This document shows, piece by piece, positions 57,501 through 64,000 of a stretch of DNA of 64,000 nt. A model generated the notes under the pieces. That model was given only the letters and a program-made list of their open reading frames with translations. It did not search any database and was not told where the DNA came from. Numbering within the stretch: the first letter of the stretch is position 1; every line of letters begins with the position of its first letter. The DNA comes from Eledone cirrhosa (taxonomy: Eukaryota): positions 30,318,001 through 30,382,000 of the forward strand of contig OZ024752.1 in assembly GCA_964016885.1 (NCBI GenBank), given 5' to 3'. A program made the position numbers and the translations under genes.

Positions 57501-60043
57501 GTCTACACAGTAAAGTGGTCATTTGGGTGCCACAATAAATAACACCCAGTCTACACAGTAAAGTGGTCGTTTGGTTGCCACAATAAAAAAAGACCCAGTC
57601 CACACTGTAAAGTGGTCGTTTGGGTGCCACAATAAAAAAAACACCCAGTCCACACTGTAAAGTGGTCGTTTGGGTGCCACAATAAAAAAACACCCAGTCT
57701 ACACAGTAAAGTGGTCGTTTGGGTGCCACAATAAAAAAACACCCAGTCCACACAGTAAAGTGGTCGTTTGGGTGCCACAATAAATAACACCCAGTCCACA
57801 CAGTAAACTGGTCGTTTGGGAACCACAATAAAAAAACACCCAGTCCACACAGTAAAGTGGTCGTTTGGGTACCACAATAAATAACACCCAGTCTACACAG
57901 TAAAGTGGTCGTTTGGGTCCCACAATAAATAACACCCAGTCCACACTGTAAAGTGGTCGTTTGGGTGCCACAATAAAAAAACACCCAGTCCACACTGTAA
58001 AGTGGTCGTTTGGGTGCCACAATAAAATAACACCCAGTCTACACAGTAAAGTGGTCGTTTGGGTGCCACAATAAAAAACACCCAGTCTACACAGTAAAGT
58101 GGTCGTTTGGGTCCCACAATAAAAAACACCCAGTCTACACAGTAAAGTGGTCGTTTGGGTGCCACAATAAATAACACCCAGTCTGCACAGTAAAGTGGTC
58201 GTTTGGGTGCCACAATAAAAAACACCCAGTCTACACAGTAAAGTGGTCGTTTGGGTGCCACAATAAATAACACCCAGTCCACACTGTAAAGTGGTCGTTT
58301 GGGTGCCACAATAAAAAAACACCCAGTCCACACTGTAAAGTGGTCGTTTGGGTGCCACAATAAAAAAACACCCAGTCCACACTGTAAAGTGGTCGTTTGG
58401 GTACCACAATAAAATAACACCCAGTCTACACAGTAAAGTGGTCGTTTGGGTGCCACAATAAAAAATACCCAGTCTACACAGTAAAGTGGTCGTTTGGGTG
58501 CCACAATAAATAACACCCAGTCCACACTGTAAAGTGGTCGTTTGGGTCCCACAATAAAAAACACCCAGTCTACACTGTAAAGTGGTCGTTTGGGTACCAC
58601 AATAAAATAACACCCAGTCCACACAGTAAAGTGGTCGTTTGGGTGCCACAATAAATAACACCCAGTCTGCACAGTAAAGTGGTCGTTTGGGTGCCACAAT
58701 AAAAAACACCCAGTCTACACAGTAAAGTGGTCGTTTGGGTGCCACAATAAATAACACCCAGTCCACACTGTAAAGTGGTCGTTTGGGTGCCACAATAAAA
58801 AACACCCAGTCTACACTGTAAAGTGGTCGTTTGGGTGCCACAATAAAAAAACACCCAGTCCACACAGTAAAGTGGTCGTTTGGGTGCCACAATAAAAAAA
58901 CACCCAGTCCACACAGTAAAGTGGTCGTTTGGGTGCCACAATAAAAAAACACCCAGTCCACACTGTAAAGTGGTCGTTTGGGTGCCACAATAAAAAAACA
59001 CCCAGTCCACACTGTAAAGTGGTCGTTTGGGTGCCACAATAAATAACACCCAGTCTACACAGTAAAGTGGTCATTTGGGTGCCACAATAAATAACACCCA
59101 GTCTACACAGTAAAGTGGTCGTTTGGTTGCCACAATAAAAAAAGACCCAGTCCACACTGTAAAGTGGTCGTTTGGGTGCCACAATAAAAAAAACACCCAG
59201 TCCACACTGTAAAGTGGTCGTTTGGGTGCCACAATAAAAAAACACCCAGTCTACACAGTAAAGTGGTCGTTTGGGTGCCACAATAAAAAAACACCCAGTC
59301 CACACAGTAAAGTGGTCGTTTGGGTGCCACAATAAATAACACCCAGTCCACACAGTAAACTGGTCGTTTGGGAACCACAATAAAAAAACACCCAGTCCAC
59401 ACAGTAAAGTGGTCGTTTGGGTACCACAATAAATAACACCCAGTCCACACTGTAAAGTGGTCGTTTGGGTACCACAATAAAAAAAACACCCAGTCCACAC
59501 TGTAAAGTGGTCGTTTGGGTGCCACAATAAAAAACATCCAGTCCACACTGTAAAGTGGTCGTTTGGGTCCCACAATAAAAAACACCCAGTCTACACAGTA
59601 AAGTGGTCGTTTTGGTGTCACAATAAAAAACACCCAGTCCACACTGTAAAGTGGTCGTTTGGGTGCCACAATAAAAAAACACCCAGTCCACACTGTAAAG
59701 TGGTCGTTTGGGTGCCACAATAAAAAAACACCCAGTCCACACTGTAAAGTGGTCGTTTGGGTGTCACAATAAATAACACCCAGTCTACACAGTAAAGTGG
59801 TCGTTTGGGTGCCACAATAAAAAAAACACCCAGTCTACACAGTAAAGTGGTCGTTTGGGTGTCACAATAAAAAAACACCCAGTCCACACTGTAAAGTGGT
59901 CGTTTGGGTGCCACAATAAAAAAACACCCAGTCCACACTGTAAAGTGGTCGTTTGGGTGCCACAATAAAAAAACACCCAGTCCACACTGTAAAGTGGTCG
60001 TTTGGGTGCCACAATAAAAAAAACACCCAGTCCACACTGTAAA
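51527..60043 (+). repeat. 8.5 kb satellite, 48-50 bp unit, roughly 175 copies
   Basis: Consensus CACAATAAA(A/T)AACACCCAGTC(C/T)ACAC(TG/AG)TAAAGTGGTCGTTTGGGTGC. It runs directly into an RTE-type tail at 60044. Confidence 0.97.
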
Positions 60044-60172
60044 TGTTGTTGGTACGAAGAGCATCCAACCATAGAAATCAAGCAGGACACTGTCATCTGA
60101 TCTGGCTTGACTCACAATGGGACAACTCATCTAACCCATGATAGCATGGAAAAATGGCCGTTAAACAATGAC
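60044..60172 (+). mobile_element. RTE/SINE 3' tail terminating the large satellite
   Basis: TGTTGTTGGTACGAAGAGCATCCAACCATAGAAA...CTAACCCATGATAGCATGGAAAAATGGCCGTTAAACAATGA, homologous to the tail at 3268-3420 (-). Confidence 0.8.
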
Positions 60173-60439
60173 ACACACACAGTAACATAGTACCTAACAT
60201 TGCTCATGTTGAAAAGTATTTAAAACTCTATGAGAATTTTTTTAATGAACATTGGGATTTGCGTATGAAATAATTGTTTTTTTCCAAAATATTTATAGTA
60301 TTCCGGTGTCTAGTGCTCTGTGCTATGATATCCCTCTGAAGATACTCCCGCTGTCCACTTGCTCAGTTGCGAGGTTCCGCCTACTATTGATCTGTGCTAC
60401 GATATTTGCTCAATATTTTATAATTCGATTAAAAATGAT

Positions 60440-60744
60440 GGTTGTGATGGTAACACAAGAAAAAGCATCAAATCCACCCTGTAAGGTGGTTGTGCTGGAG
60501 ACACAAGAAAAAGCATCAAGTCCACCCTGTAAGGTGGTTGTGATGGTAACACAAGAAAAAGCATCAAGTCCACCCTGTAAGGTGGTTGTGATGGTAACAC
60601 AAGAAAAAGCATCAAATCCACCCTGTAAGGTGGTTGTGATGGTAACACAAGAAAAAGCATCAAATCCACCCTGTAAGGTGGTTGTGCTGGAGACACAAGA
60701 AAAAGCATCAAGTCCACCCTGTAAGGTGGTTGTGCTGGTGACAT
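60440..60744 (+). repeat. 48 bp minisatellite, ~6 copies
   Basis: GGTTGTGATGGTAACACAAGAAAAAGCATCAA(A/G)TCCACCCTGTAAGGT. Confidence 0.95.
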
Positions 60745-60968
60745 GAAAAGTATTTTGTTTGGTTATATTTGTGGGGGCTATAATAGTTTTTTGGGGTGTA
60801 TGTGGTTTGGGGCCATCCAACTCATGGCCCCTTTTAAAGAAGATGCTCATAAGTAAAGCAGGATTCCTGCTCATCTGTTTTTGTTGTCCTCAGACCTCCT
60901 GTTTTATAGCAGAGGAAGTTAGTAGTGTGGGGCACCTTTTCTATGATAATACTGATGAAAACACATTA

Positions 60969-61180
60969 ATAATGTGGAAAGAGATATAAGGCTAAACAAT
61001 GCAAAATGGACTGTAAGATGAAGTAACGAAAAAGTAAGTTACCTGGTAATCTTTGTTTTGCTTTTTGTTATTCTTTCTTCTTTTGGGACCTAAAATTCCC
61101 TTCTTGAAAAAGGGAATTTTAGGTCTAAAAGTATTACAGTCCATTTTACATTGTTTAGCCTTCTATCTCTTTCCACATTA
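60969..61180. repeat. Inverted repeat with ~47 bp arms and an internal hairpin
   Basis: TAATGTGGAAAGAGATA...GGACTGTAA is mirrored at 61134-61180; inner GACCTAAAATTCCCTT...AAGGGAATTTTAGGTC. Confidence 0.8.
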
Positions 61181-61399
61181 TATATCATATACAATGCTTC
61201 AAGCAAACTACATTTTATAATCATTAATAAAATTGCAAATCTAAGAAACTGAAGAAATGTTACTTTAAATAGAAATGCAGTTGCAGGGTAGAAAGAAAGA
61301 CAAATATAAAAAGTGAAAGATTTGCAAATTTGACCAGAGTGCTTATTATTACTTAAAGGAATTCAAGCTACAGAAAACATCAATGTGAAAAAACAATGA

Positions 61400-62740
61400 G
61401 TGTCCAGCCCACAGTGTAAAGTGGTTGTGTGGGTGTCATGGCAAAAAGCACCCAGCCCACAGTATAAAGTGGTTGTGTGGGTGTCACGGCAAAAAGTGCC
61501 CAGCCTACAGTGTAAAGTGGTTGTGAGGGTATCATGGTAAAAAGCACCCAGCCCACAGTGTAAAGTGTTGTGTGGGTGTCATGGCAGAAAACGCCCAGCC
61601 CACAGTGTAAAGTGGTTGTGAGGGTATCATGGCAAAAAGCACCCAGCCCACAGAGTAAAGTGTTGTGTGGGTGTCACGGCAAAAAGTGCCCAGCCCACAG
61701 TGTAAAGTGGTTGTGTGGGTGTGAAGGCAAAAAGTGCCCAGCCCACAGTATAAAGTGGTTGTGAGGGTATCATGGCAAAAAGCACCCAGCCCACAGTGTA
61801 AAGTGTTGTGTGGGTGTGAAGGAAAAAAGTGCCCAGCCCACAGTGTAAAGTGGTTGTGAGGGTGTCACGGCAAAAAGCGCCCAGCCCACAGTGTAAAGTG
61901 GTCGTGTGGGTGTGAAGGCAAAAAGTGCCCAGCCCACAGTGTAATGTGGTTGTGAGAGTGTCATGGCAAAAAGCGCCCAACCCACAGTGTAAAGTGGTCG
62001 TGTGGGTGTGAAGGCAAAAAGTGCCCAGCCCACAGTGTAAAGTGGTTGTGAGGGTATCATGGCAAAAAGCACCCAGCCCACAGTGTAAAGTGTTGTGTGG
62101 GTGTCATGGCAGAAAACGCCCAGCCCACAGTGTAAAGTGGTCGTGTGGGTGTGAAGGCAAAAAGTGCCCAGCCCACAGTGTAAAGTGGTTGTGAGGGTAT
62201 CATGGCAAAAAGCACCCAGCCCACAGAGTAAAGTGTTGTGTGGGTGTCACGGCAAAAAGTGCCCAGCCCACAGTGTAAAGTGGTTGTGTGGGTGTGAAGG
62301 CAAAAAGTGCCCAGCCCACAGTATAAAGTGGTTGTGAGGGTATCATGGCAAAAAGCACCCAGCCCACAGTGTAAAGTGTTGTGTGGGTGTGAAGGCAAAA
62401 AGTGCCCAGCCCACAGTGTAAAGTGGTTGTGAGGGTGTCATGGCAAAAAGCGCCCAACCCACAGTGTAAAGTGGTCGTGTGGGTGTGAAGGCAAAAAGTG
62501 CCCAGCCCACAGTGTAAAGTGGTTGTGAGGGTGTCACGGCAAAAAGTGCCCAGCCCACAGTGTAAAGTGGTCGTGTGGGTGTGAAGGCAAAAAGTGCCCA
62601 GCCCACAGTGTAAAGTGGTCGTGAGGGTGTCATGGCAAAAAGCACCCAGCCCACAGTGTAAAGTGGTTGTGAGGGTGTCATGGCAAAAAGCGTCCAGCCC
62701 ACAGTGTAAAGTGATTGTGTGGGTGTCACGGCAAAGTGGC
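61400..62740 (+). repeat. 47-48 bp minisatellite, ~28 copies
   Basis: GTGTCATGGCAAAAAGCACCCAGCCCACAGTGTAAAGTGGTTGTG(T/A)GG with sub-variants. Confidence 0.95.
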
Positions 62741-62744
62741 TGTT

Positions 62745-62937
62745 TTGGTGCCATGATAAAAAGCACCCGGAACACACTGTAAATATGGTTGGCATTAGGA
62801 AGAACATCCAGCCATTGAAACCAAGCTAGAATCAATTCTGTATGAGCAAGACACAATCCTCTGATCTGGCTTGTCCCACGATGGGACAACTCGTCTAACC
62901 CATGCTAGCGTGGAAAAATGGACATTAAAAAATGATA
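62745..62937 (+). mobile_element. RTE/SINE 3' tail terminating the third array
   Basis: GGTGCCATGATAAAAAGCACCCGG-ACACACTGTAAATATGGTTGGCATTAGGAAGAACATCCAG...CCATGCTAGCGTGGAAAAATGGACATTAAA. Confidence 0.8.
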
Positions 62938-63775
62938 TGTATCAACAATTAAGATTAATTAAAAGATTAAGAGACAGTGGGAGTGATAGAAAGCAGAAGA
63001 GAAAGGAAGAACAAAGAATGAAATAAATGGTGAAGCATGAGATTGTAAATAAGATATAATGGTATGAGAAAGAGAGAGTGTTAGTAAGAAGTGTTTAAAT
63101 GACACTGAAGGTAAACAGAGCTGACAATGGCAGAGTGGACATTGTAATTGGGCCTACATAAAAATACAAACAGTTTCAAGGTAAAAAGTAAGAAAGCATA
63201 CAGAGAATAAACTAAAGGATTAAGAGAGAAAGAGAAGAGATAGCTGAATGAGAGTTAGTGGTGAGAGTGAGAGAATGGCATAAGAGGCAGTGGTTTAATG
63301 TGTAGTGCAAGTAGAGAATAGGGAAATATATATAATGCTCACAACAGGACAACTCTTCTAACCCATGCTAGCATGGAAAAATGGACGTAAAGTGGTGCTG
63401 ACGATAATGATGATATATATATATATATAAAAGAAAGGGGGTAATTGCTACAAACTAAAGAGATGAAAGTGTGATGAGGAGTAGGAAGAGGTTCTTAAAG
63501 CATTACAGGAGAGAAAATGTAAATAATATGCCCTCACCACCACCTCGCTCACCCCAAAAGAGTAAAGATATTGATAGTTATGCACAAATCTATGACCAGC
63601 TGGGTGTTAGCAAGTTAATTTACACAACAAACTGTTGGTGACGTTTTTTATTTTTAATGTATTAATATAAACACAAAATTCAGTTGAATTGAAAGTAGTG
63701 TTAAGATATATACACTGAAGCAAGACAATTAAAATACACTACTTCCCTTTTCATGATCTTGCATTTGATGATCAA

Positions 63776-63970
63776 TTAAACCAGCTGTTTCTGGGCAGAA
63801 TTCTCTCACCTCTTTCTGTTCAAACCGGCTGTAACTAGCCACTCAAACTGATGTTAAGGTATTATTCTCAAAATAAATAATATTGAAATCTCAGAGATTC
63901 GATATTATGTGAGATAAAGTCTTTACCATGAAAATACAATAGTATATATAGAGTAATGCTATAGGGTTAA
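63776..63970 (+). mobile_element. piggyBac-like MITE fragment
   Basis: Homologous to 9466-9690; ends in GGG-TTAA. Confidence 0.55.
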
Positions 63971-64000
63971 TATAAATATAGAAAAAAAGGAAGTTAAGCA

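Noticed and set aside
51468-60130. Long repetitive ORFs (CGTQTTTL / WHPNDHFTV / VAPKRPLY) and a CRISPR-like appearance
   Set aside because: Pure tandem satellite with frame-shifting 48-50 bp units and no unique spacers; eukaryotic context with no cas genes.
60252-60874. ORFs with (VVMVTQEKASNPPCK)n repeats
   Set aside because: In-frame reading of the 48 bp minisatellite derived from a retroposon tail; no splice or homology support.
60945-60995. CTGATGA...CACATT-AAT-AATGTG-GAAA, a possible hammerhead
   Set aside because: No convincing stem I or stem III; the GAAA half belongs to an inverted-repeat arm.

Overview
AT-rich, repeat-dense eukaryotic (animal) DNA. The SINE, LINE and microsatellite make-up suggests an octopus or other coleoid mollusc; this is an inference. 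The only host coding sequence I can support is the first coding exon of a furin-like proprotein convertase (23892-24056, +). No second exon is recognisable, so the remaining ~40 kb is probably one intron. The rest is mobile and repeat DNA: a near-complete DD37D (maT) Tc1/mariner transposon, RTE, L1/Tx1 and CR1-like LINE remnants, many tRNA-derived SINEs, a ~20 kb (TA)n/(TATG)n field and three 48-49 bp tandem arrays. Two signals are not explained by the ORF track. (1) About a dozen type I hammerhead ribozyme motifs from several unrelated sequence families. Most have the short palindromic stem III typical of Penelope-like elements, sit in small islands next to (TA)n tracts, and often lie inside fold-back or inverted duplications. 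(2) Three separately homogenised satellites (8.5 kb, 0.3 kb, 1.35 kb) that all amplify the same 48-49 bp segment of the RTE-LINE/SINE 3' tail; single-copy precursors of that segment, bounded by a short direct repeat, are visible in this window. Nearly all long ORFs in the track are microsatellite or satellite translations. All coordinates were read by eye and boundaries may be off by a few bases.
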